In this document: positions 54,138 through 64,000 of the stretch, in pieces | Layout: each line of letters begins with the position of its first letter | How positions within the stretch are numbered: position 1 is the stretch's first letter | Origin: Perna viridis | Lineage: Eukaryota | Length of the DNA: 64,000 nt | NCBI GenBank assembly: GCA_037379345.1 | Contig: CM074511.1 | Coordinates: 12,524,001 to 12,588,000 of the forward strand | Reading direction: 5' to 3' | The notes under the pieces: generated by a model | The model's input: only the letters and a program-made list of their open reading frames with translations | The model's database searches: none | What the model was told of the DNA's origin: nothing | Position numbers and translations under genes: made by a program

Positions 54138-54924
54138 ATAGACCCTTTTGTGGTAAGTTAGTGAGCATGCTCAATATACACTTCTGTAAAAAATCGATGG
54201 TAAAGGAAAACTATTGACCAAACTTTACGACAAACGTGATGACTTTTCATTCAGAATTGTCAACTTTCCTTTCATCTGTGGCAACATCCCTTCAGCTCCT
54301 GCGTATGGAGTGTTCATATAACAACTCATACGTTATGCCAGAGCTTGCCGAAACTACGCAGACTTTTTGTATCGCGCTAGAACTCTAACATATAGGCTTC
54401 TGGAACAGAGTTATGTTGCTACAAGATTGAAGTCATCACTACAGAAGTTTTATGGCCGTTATCATGAACTTGTGGATCGTTATGGTGTATCCATCAGCAC
54501 CATGAAAACTGATTTATTCAACGGGTCATAGTTTTCCTTTCCTCGTTTGTCTACCCCGGACTTGACTTTTTATGAGCAACTCAGCGGGTGTTTCTAGAAA
54601 AGCAGAGGACACTTACCCTACCGGTGCACCTGGTCCATGCTCCCAGTTTTTAGTGGAGTCCAAGTTGCTCATTTACTTTTGTTACTTTGTATGTATGATT
54701 TTAGTTACTTTATGTTCTTTGTTGTGTATGTCTGTTTTCCATGTCTGGTCTTTGTCCCTGGATTACATTCTTTTGATTACCGCTGTAACCTTGGTTCCTT
54801 TGATTTTTTCTTTCTGCAAGGTAGGGCTTGGGTAGAACAAAATAATTTTCCTCGCAGAAACGTATATTGAGCAAGCTCTACGCATGCTCATCGACTACCC
54901 CAACATTAGCACAAAAGGGTCTAT
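54138..54924. mobile_element. Non-autonomous TIR element interrupted by the Penelope-like insertion
   Basis: Left end atagacccttttgtggtaagtt matches right end aacattagcacaaaagggtctat in inverted orientation. A second inverted pair is gagcatgctcaatatacacttctg / cagaaacgtatattgagcaagctc. Confidence 0.75.
54193..54815 (+). mobile_element. 5'-truncated Penelope-like retroelement (probably Naiad/Chlamys-type): RT C-terminus plus 3' non-coding region
   Basis: Frame 54193-54531 reads IDGKGKLLTKLYDKRDDFSFRIVNFPFICGNIPSAPAYGVFI*QLIRYARAC...KFYGRYHELVDRY...GS*. This resembles a PLE RT thumb region, with one premature TAA at 54319-54321. The ORF ends with no C-terminal GIY-YIG domain. Confidence 0.85.
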
Positions 54925-54980
54925 AGCCATACTCAAAGTTCACTGACCACTACTAAAGTTGACAAACTTATGATATAACA

Positions 54981-55049
54981 AGACATGTAATGACCTACTT
55001 GGCTGAAGTCTCCAGACATGTAATGACCTACTTGGCTGAAGTCTCCAGA
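54981..55049. repeat. 33-bp perfect tandem duplication
   Basis: agacatgtaatgacctacttggctgaagtctcc twice. Confidence 0.9.
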
Positions 55050-56604
55050 ATGTTGGCTGTACCTGTATTCTGGTAATACTGTTTGTAGGGTCAGAGTTAT
55101 CATAAGTTTCTTTGGTTCCATTTGGCTGAAATTTTTCATATATATTTTTGCCTTCATTTTCTACATTTTGCCATAATTGCAAAAAAATATTGACTGAAAC
55201 ATCTCACATAGTATAACTTTGAAAAATATTTTATATAACATTGATGTTAATCCTCTTTGAAGCCTAGACAGTAATACTGGTTACAAGAACAACTAAATAC
55301 ATGTACTTCTTTAAATCAAAATGATTCCAACTTTTCCCATACTACATCACAATGATTATTGTTATCAAAGATAAGGCAGAAATCTCATTAGAATAGAAAC
55401 CCTGTTGTAACCAAATTGCTTTCCCGTAATGCTGATCAAGAAGCATTATAAGAGCATTTACTACTATCAATTCATCTAAAAATTATGTTCTATAATGACT
55501 CATACAAATGAACTGTCTTTTTCATCTTAAAAACAAACAGAAGCATTTTAAATCTCTAAATGCAATGCTTTAGAATGTACAGATGATAAACTTCCAAATG
55601 CTCCAATAGATGCAAGATACAAAGATAATGCTAAATAGAGACTGGAAAATTCCATCAGCAATACTTAATAATGGATTTCAGGATTAAATATTCAAATTCC
55701 TAATACAAGATATAGCAAATTTTACCAAATTATGCAACAATAAAATTTGGTAATCCTGTAATTGGCAGTAGCTGCTTAGAAAGGCAGAAGTATTACATAC
55801 ATGTTTCATTTTGATAGGATTAAATATCTGATTATATTCAACAAGATTTTGATCAAGAACTATTGCCTGTCCAAATTATTTTTGATATTAGACATTTGTC
55901 CAGTTTGTTCAGGGTTATGTTGTCTTACACAGTTTTAGTCTGGACAAGATTTATTGCATACTTGAATAAATCAAAATGGAAAAGATATCTTGCATTATGT
56001 ATCATTCCTTCTCCTCAGTACATATATTTATAACTGTCTACAGTACATGTATTCACAACTATGTAACTGTATTTGAGGGAAAGCAGCAAAGCTGTCTTAT
56101 ACATAATCATGTTCTGTATCTAGTAAAATCAGTCACATAGGTTGCACACCCCCAATTCAACCAATGAGCATTTGGAACATAAGCAAAAATAGTACTATGC
56201 AGAAATTATCTCCTGTTCCTCATAGCACCGTGGAAAAGTTCATATTTAAAATTTTTTAAAAAATTTAAAAAATTAAAACTGTTTCTGAAAGGAAAAACAT
56301 TTCTGTACATTTTATAAGTGCATTTTTCTTCTTGCACTGTTAATCCTTATCTCCATATTGATTTCTAAATATACCCTTATTTTGTGAAAACATTGGGATT
56401 TTCCATGCTATTTCTAGGCCCTTCACTTCTGGTGACCAGTGCTGCACTGCAAGTTTTGCATTGACACCTATGGGAAGTGGAATTAGTGGTTTCTAGCCTA
56501 TATTCATTTTCCATTGATGTAGACCTCTGTATACTATATATTTGCCTATAACAACAAAATCTTTAGTCTATACATAGTTTAGTTTTAGACAAAATCAACT
56601 CAAA

Positions 56605-56732
56605 GCAATAAATAAGATAATCATACTCACTCGTAGCAAAAATAAGATAATCGTACTCAGTCTTAGCAAAAAAAAGACAACCATACTGACTCTTTGCAAA
56701 AATAAGATAATCGAACTGAGACTTAGCAAAAA
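56605..56732. repeat. 30-bp tandem repeat x4
   Basis: aataagataatcgtactcagtcttagcaaa. Confidence 0.9.
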
Positions 56733-59700
56733 TGTGTCATTTTATTCATATCTCTACTTGATAAAGGGTTAAAACAATTTTACCTCTAACTATACAAAGA
56801 TTTCTAAGTAATTTCTTCTGAGGCAATGTAATTAAATGTTCGACTGCTGTGCAATAGACTTTCACTTAATATGACATGTAACACTGTTTTCATTCCCCAA
56901 ATTCATTCAGTACAAAAACTATTCTTTAACAACAGCAATCTAATACTATAAATCAGTAGTTTGTGGAATGAATACAGATACATGATTTTGGCTGCCAGAG
57001 ATCAATTGAAAATAAGTGCTTAGCTTAAATTTCGACAATAATTTATTGTCCCAATATTAATTACGTTCATAGTTTTATTCAATCATGCAACGATCATTGC
57101 AGAAAAGTTAATTTAAGGAGCAACAATCAAATTCATGGATTGAAGGAAACTACATTCTATGTAGTTTAATATAAAGTACTATGTTGTGCTCTGTTTATGT
57201 TCAGGGACGAACAAATGGAATATCCAAACTAATTAATCTGGCTGGGAAAACTGGTTCTATGTTAAATTACAACTGAAGTTGTTCTTCATTGAATTCAATT
57301 TTCACTGTGTGATAATGCCCAATGGACCAATAAAGGAAACAGTGTCAATTGTCCAGTATACCACAGAAACACTGTGTCTAGCAATAAATATAAAATGGCT
57401 ATAAATAGAACATGATCATTACAATCCTATACATATTGATGTATTTATATTTTTACAACATGATCATAAAATTCTCACAAATATGTCATTAATAAGAATT
57501 TTCTATGATAGCACAGACGAAAATGCTCTCTGAAGGTACAGCATTCAAGTAAAATAAAATAAGTTTAATCTTCTCATGAACAATTCTAAATTCTAAGTCT
57601 CATTTCTTTACTAACACTCCTATCAAAATTCTCCAGCAAAACCATTATTATTGTACCCTCTTCCCATTAATGTTTAAACACATTTCCATTGCCAAATCAT
57701 TTTTTCAGCTTTTATCAGAAAGAAAAACAAGTTTCCACTCAACATGATAAACCGTTTGCAGAATTGGAACAAAACAAAACCCATTTGCTCCTACATAAAT
57801 GCATACAAAATGTGCATACATAATTTTGTGTTTTCTTCTCCTAATCTCATTAAACCATGCCCTATTAATGCATTGTTGCGAAAAAATAAGGGAGGACATT
57901 ACATTGTATTTGCATCATTAAGTCAACAGCTTTTCCCATTTTTACACGAGACGTAAGATTATTTTCAGCTTTTTTACAAGTCATTTACTGCATACAAATG
58001 TGTATAAAATCCCACTAATTCATGTGCAAGCTCAGCAAATGCTTTAATGATGAAATCTTCCATGTTTTTTAGTTATGTACTTTTATGAAGTAATCTTTCA
58101 TGAAATTTCAGGTAAGGTTTTTTTTCTAATTATGAGCTGTTTTAATGGTAACCCATACACACTATAGTCACATTACTGTTCACATTCTTTCTTAACATTC
58201 AACAAAATTTGAGATAACTAACGAGCGTTTTGTTTTTTTTTTTTATTTTTACTAGTAATTTCAACACATTACTTTTCCGGTTCAGTGAATAAATTCATAA
58301 TAGTAAAAACATCCCAAGTTTTCACGGTATCTATTTCAGTTCTACCTGTGAGGCTTGTTTGTCTTTTTCAAAGACATTAATGAAATTTACCATATATTTG
58401 ACCTTACATTTTTGTCTATTGTGGTTTTTTCTACTATGACAAATCTAATTCCAAAATCTCTACGCAATGTATTTAGAAATCAATCTTTGTAAACAACATT
58501 CAACATGACATTTTTTTCATTTCTACATAATGTTTAAATTAAGATGTCCTGTTACTGTCTGATTCTGTTTGACCAATTACAGGTTTCTTTTTAATTTATT
58601 TGTTTTGACTTAACAATGCACCCACTCACTGAAAACAAACTATAGACCAACAGAGAAATGTTTACAAATCTTGCAAATTTGTTTTTCAATTAAAAATTGG
58701 AAAATTGTCCAGAATGAGTGATTCATTTAAGACTGCCAGAAAAATTAAGATTGAAAGGAATTGTTGTAGAAAAACTTCCATAAATTCAAATTTAATTCTT
58801 TAATTGTTAATTTAAAGAAGATGTTGCTAGAACAGCAACCTTTCTGGATTGAGGATTGAAATATAAGTCAATATGTCGAGACAACACTTAGCCAAATCTG
58901 AACAAACAGAAAAATTCACTTATCAAGTACAGATATAAAGTGCTTTTATGACAACACTGAAATCAAACAAGGACATGTTTAACAGATGATTGTTTCTAGT
59001 TTAAATTCACTGGCAGGTATATCATGCCTTTCATTTAGAACAAATAACCTACCGGTATGTACTAGTATTTGACAAAAGCTTGCTTCCATATCATTACCAG
59101 GCCTATCTTACATTTTGAAATGGAAACCATACAGCAAAACCTGTCTTAATCATACCCTGAATAACCCAGTCTAAACCAGACACTATTGAAATTCATATTA
59201 TATCAATTTAAATATATTTTGAACCTTGTTAAACTGAACACCTGTATAAACCAGACTTTTTTTATGTCAGTTATCAGTTCCAATATATTCTAAACATTTT
59301 TAAACTGAACACATATTGACACTGAAAAAAAAAATCTCCTGTCTGAAAGGAATTCAGTTAATATTGGCCTCAATGCAATAAAATAGGGTGGTACTCAAGC
59401 TAAGGATTCAGTGACTATGAAGTTTACTATAGAAAGATAATGAATATTTAAGATTGGCAGCTAATTAGATGTTTGGAAAAGACAACAAATTCTTGCAACT
59501 TCTCTAATAATTAAATCCTTAAAACCAAGATCCTAGAAATGATTCTAGAACAATAACCTTTAAAGATGATTAGTCAAACTCTAAGAATCTGGCACATTTA
59601 ATGAAAAGTTCAAATTAGTACATATCTTACAGTGGGTTTAATTGCATCCTTAGAAAGGATTTTACACAAAAGGGAAAGATGTTGGTTATAAAATTGCACA

Positions 59701-61358
59701 TGAATTCAAAAGCAAAGTTTGGGTAGTTCATCTTTCGATTCATTTCATCCATGTAAACATGTAAACATGTAAACAATTTGGACTGATGCCCTGCCTGGTT
59801 CTATTACAGAATACAGAAACAATACTTTAAATAACAAAAATAGCACATAGCCTTGAAGACTTCCTCAGTTAAACACTATGTACTGACAAATACAAAGAGT
59901 AACTGTAGTTATTTATAAGATTGATATGAAATAGGGCTACAAAATACCAATTTAAAGAAACCTTTTGACAACAAAGTAGTTTCTAGTTGACAGGTTCATC
60001 CTCCTGGTGCTTTAGAAAACCATTATATTTTTTTTTAAAGTGAGTAAGGCATATTGATGGTGTTAGTAATCTGGTCCAATGGATAACTGTCATTCCTGTG
60101 GTAAGAATTGAAATTATCTACAAAATATTAATGTAGTAATGAGCCATTAATAAGTCATATCTTAATAAAAAAAAAAAGTAAGCTATTTATGTACTGAATT
60201 TCTGAAGTAAAAATATAATGCTAAAGAATAAAAACATAGATAGGAGACAGAGAGAAAACGATTAATTTTTAGAAATAAAGAGCTTTGCAGCTCGCAGCAT
60301 GATACTACTGCAGCATGTTGAACACGTTGATGTAAAAATAGTCACATGCATTTTTAATCATGGGCTTAGAATGGGAGAAAATCTTTTTTTTTTCCATTCT
60401 CCCATTCTAAGTGAATTATTAAAAATGCATGTGACAGGATGGTGATTATGTTTCTTGAAGAGGTTTTCCACTTCCTTACATTTTCCAATCTTCCTACAGA
60501 TTTCATGGGAGAAAGTTATTCTCTTTCAACCAATTCTTGATTCAAACTATTTCTTTACTCTCTGTGGTAAAATAAAGATTTTACACTCTTGAGTGGAGAA
60601 ACAGTTTACACCACTCATTAATGAGTAGAATAGAGAAGAGTTACATCTGATAACTCTACATGGATATTCCAATAGGTTAAACAATAAAAAAAATATTGAA
60701 AAAAATTGATAACTTAAAACACAAGGAAGTAAAAAAACTAAATAACTAAAACACTTCTATACATGTACTTTTAATCTTAAATTCTCCTTTTCCAAGAAAA
60801 AGATTAACATACAAGTCTAATAGACTTCTGTGATATTACATATCTATAAGTATCTATACACTAACACCAAAACTTACTTACAGTGAACTAATATAACTAG
60901 TTTTAGAAAGTGAAATCTAGCATGGCAGTACCACTAACAGATCATCTTCCTACAACAAGTCTATCACTCAATTTAAACATAGAAGGATAACATCAAACTT
61001 TTCTATATTTGGAATGAGTTGTATTTGTTAATGTTAATAGATTTAAGTAGCAGTCTTTAATAAAAATCGAACTGGAGTGATTCATGCATGTCAAAAACCC
61101 AGCTAATTCAATTTTATTTCTTGTTCAGAAACAGTCTCTGACCACATAACCAGTCTTAGTTTTTCATTTGGTTGTTGCTCTTTTTAGATAAAATTTATAT
61201 TTTGCTTGGTTTATGATTTGGTTTTAGTGGGAGAGAAATGTATGATTTTCACAAAAGTGGTGGTCTGTATACAGAAATAATTATTGTTTTGTGAAAATAC
61301 AGCATATATTGACTGAAAAAGCATCATTTGTTTGGTTGGTTTTTCTACACCATGAATA

Positions 61359-61432
61359 ACTTTACCATTGACAGTGTCATAAAACTTTACCATTGGCAGT
61401 GTCATAAAACTTTACCATTGGCAGTGTCATAA
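61359..61432. repeat. 25-bp tandem repeat x3
   Basis: actttaccattgRcagtgtcataaa. Confidence 0.9.
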
Positions 61433-62139
61433 TACTAGTTTCTCATATATAGTTCCTGCATTTAGGTCCAATTTCAATGAAATTACCTTATGAGAAACTG
61501 GATAATTAGCCTAATATCTGTCCTAAATTTTGTAATTATTTTATCACATTCCCACAAAAAGATTGAATTCATAAATTTTTAGTGCTTTTCATATCTTCTT
61601 CAGGCTTTCTTTCCATAAAGATTCAGAAAATCCTCAGACAAGGCAAGGTGTTAAATACATTCATATTATTTATAAGGACACCGTTATCAAGCATAAAAAC
61701 AAAATTTTCAAGGTGCCTTAACTAAAGTAAAGTATTGCTTCACATCTACGAAACATCTTAAAGTGGACTAAAAAATCATCAATTGCTAGAACAAAATAAT
61801 ATAATTGTACAATTTCAACAAATGTCCCAACTTTGGTTTTATTTTACACCATTAATGCAGCACAATTTTTCTTAATAAGAATATCAGACAATTCAATTAT
61901 TTTTCTGCACAGAAGTTGATAAAATTCTTTATATACAATTGAAATACAATACAAATCCCAACAGAAATAAACTTGTGAAAATCAGAATTGATTATGGAAG
62001 GATTTTACTTATCCCTTCAAAGAAGTTACAAACTAAATCAGACACACAGAATTGCAAATAAATTAGAAGTGCATTAATATGCATTATGTCAAGCAAGACG
62101 TCTCTAATAACTCTTTCCCTTCGTCATCAATAACCTATA

Positions 62140-62528
62140 AAACTTTCTTTTTATTCATTTCAGATTACAAGCACCAAGGAGACTAAGTGAAAGCAACCAC
62201 AATTGTGAAAATTGACTTGTCATTCAGCATACGATAGTCCAATCGGATGTCTCATACTTATAACTGTATTCTGAGAGTTATGGCAAGAATGAATGGATTC
62301 CATTCTAAGCAAGAAATTTTCCCTGACCATTTGTTTTTATCTCTTTGTTGTTGTTGACTGTACATTAATCATAAACTGTTGACAGAAATTAATTTATTTT
62401 TTTATATGTCGCATTTGTAATCATCATAACTGTGATTTAGCAAGTGACAACCTGACTATTTCTCTTATTGACAATCAAAAATCATTTAAATTTGTTTATC
62501 TTATGTGCAAAACTTTGTATAGCACAAA
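62140..62528 (+). other. Splice acceptor (cag ending 62163) and ~365-nt 5' UTR part of the GPCR coding exon
   Basis: Polypyrimidine tract aactttctttttattcatttcag lies 365 nt before the ATG. Confidence 0.65.
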
Positions 62529-63620
62529 ATGGAGAGTTTGAATAGTTCTGGAAATAACTTAAGCCAACAAAACCCAATGAACCACAATGAATTTACAATA
62601 TTCAGTGAGCAGTATTCCAAGTATCATGGGTACATCTGCAGCTCCATCTGCATCTTTGGACTGGTGGCAAACATTTTGAATATAATCGTTTTGACAAGGA
62701 AACACATGATCACGCCTACAAATCTGATTTTGACAGCGTTGGCATTAGCGGATGTTATGACAATGTCTGTGTACCTGGTGTATGCCCTGTATTTATATGT
62801 GTTTACAATACCCATTGATACATATGGACATTCTAAAGGATGGATGTATTTTGTAGTTGTAAATAATCATGTGGTTATTACTTGCCATAACATGGCAATG
62901 TGGCTGACAGTCTCATTGGCAGTTTTCCGGTACATATTTGTTTGCCACCATGTAGTGGCAAGTCACCTATGCAGTTTAGAAAGAGCAAAATTGACCATTT
63001 TAATTGTAGTAGGAGCAACTATCTTATTGTGTATACCCAATTATTTCATGTACAAAGTAACGGAAATACAAAGCAATACATCCTTCTACTGGATAGATTT
63101 TAGTGATTTTGCCAAAAAACATGAACTCTATAAATCCATTACGTTCTGGATATATGGAGTCATTATTAAAATAGCTCCATGTGTTTTACTGACAATTCTG
63201 AGTGGATGTTTAATTATGACAATGCATGAAGCCAGTAAGAGGCGACAGAGATTGTTGCAACATGCAGGAAGACACAACGAAGAAACATCTGCTGAGCACA
63301 ACAGGACGACGATGATGCTTGTCACTGTAGTTCTTTTCTTCGTCATCACTGAATTCCCTCAAGGGATTTTAGCAGGAATAAGTGGCTTGAATCCAAACTT
63401 CTTTGTAACTGTATATTCTAAATTAGGGGATATTATGGATCTTTTAGTTCTCCTTAACAGTGCAATTAATTTTATTCTTTACTGTATAATGAGTCAACAG
63501 TTCCGTGATACATTTACCAATCTTTTTGTTTGTAATTTCGTATCGATACGGAATCAACATTCTGCCAAACAAAATGGGATGGCCTATAGCACAGTTAAGA
63601 CTGAAGTAACTCAAGTCTAA
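62529..63620 (+). CDS. Class A neuropeptide GPCR, myosuppressin receptor/DMSR-1-like (lophotrochozoan myomodulin-receptor-like), single coding exon, 363 aa
   Basis: Seven hydrophobic segments. Family motifs: YHGY..ICIFGLVANILNIIVLTR, TN.ILTALA.AD, WLTVSLAVFRY (DRY position), W.YGVIIKIAPC, RTT.MLV.VV.FFVITEFPQGIL, NSAINFILYCIMSQQFR. N-terminal N-glycosylation sequons NSS and NLS. Good start context (aaaATGG). Confidence 0.95.
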   Translation: MESLNSSGNNLSQQNPMNHNEFTIFSEQYSKYHGYICSSICIFGLVANILNIIVLTRKHMITPTNLILTALALADVMTMSVYLVYALYLYVFTIPIDTYGHSKGWMYFVVVNNHVVITCHNMAMWLTVSLAVFRYIFVCHHVVASHLCSLERAKLTILIVVGATILLCIPNYFMYKVTEIQSNTSFYWIDFSDFAKKHELYKSITFWIYGVIIKIAPCVLLTILSGCLIMTMHEASKRRQRLLQHAGRHNEETSAEHNRTTMMLVTVVLFFVITEFPQGILAGISGLNPNFFVTVYSKLGDIMDLLVLLNSAINFILYCIMSQQFRDTFTNLFVCNFVSIRNQHSAKQNGMAYSTVKTEVTQV

Positions 63621-64000
63621 CATTATTTATTACACTGCTAATAATGTTTTATGTTATTTTTGTTTTTTGTTTACTGAAACGTTTCCTATACAAGTCTTTC
63701 AGCCTAGAGGAGCATTTTCTATAAGATTTTTTTTCATATTCTATAATGTATTATAAAAAAAACTTTCTCTTTGTCATAAATCAAATTGATATTATTTGTT
63801 TCATCATGTACTTCAAGCACAATCAGTATTATAAGCTAAACCCTTTAAACCAGTCTTGACAAAACACCTGTCAAGGCCTACAAAAATTTTTTTTTTCAAT
63901 TTGACCTGTTTAGTCAAAACACCTCCCTAATAGAAGCAATTGTTTGGTATAGACAGGTTATGCAGTAAATTACTTGAAATATTTAATACATACTATAGCA

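Noticed and set aside
54572-54870. Duplicated ORF MSNSAGVSRKAED... (also 40262-40480)
   Set aside because: It lies in the non-coding 3' region of the PLE, and the two copies shift frame relative to each other.
770-61405. Remaining 60-90 aa ORFs
   Set aside because: They have AT-driven composition, many non-ATG starts and no recognisable domains, consistent with chance.
62624-63349. Short ORFs overlapping the GPCR
   Set aside because: These are shadow frames of the real CDS.
63621-64000. GPCR polyadenylation site
   Set aside because: No AATAAA is visible, so the 3' UTR probably extends past the window.

Overview
AT-rich, visibly CpG-poor animal genomic DNA. The repeat types and the receptor family suggest a mollusc, probably a bivalve (inference). 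There is one confident protein-coding region: an intronless class A peptide GPCR of the myosuppressin/DMSR-1/myomodulin-receptor type at 62529-63620 (+). A strong splice acceptor at 62163 precedes it, so much of the upstream 62 kb is probably intronic or 5' regulatory. The rest holds about 10 unrelated minisatellite arrays (units 24-47 bp, up to 2 kb, some with higher-order structure) and several transposon relics. The relics are: a Penelope-like (probably Naiad-type) RT C-terminus with a structured 3' region present twice; TA- and TTAA-flanked MITEs; a ~410-bp foldback element; DINE-1/Helentron-like elements; and two tiny TSD-flanked stem-loop retroposons with the same 5' start. Isolated small exons with consensus splice sites on both strands suggest long 5'-UTR introns and an overlapping antisense or host transcript. 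Most other ORF-track entries are by-products of repeats or chance. All coordinates were read by eye and no searches were run.
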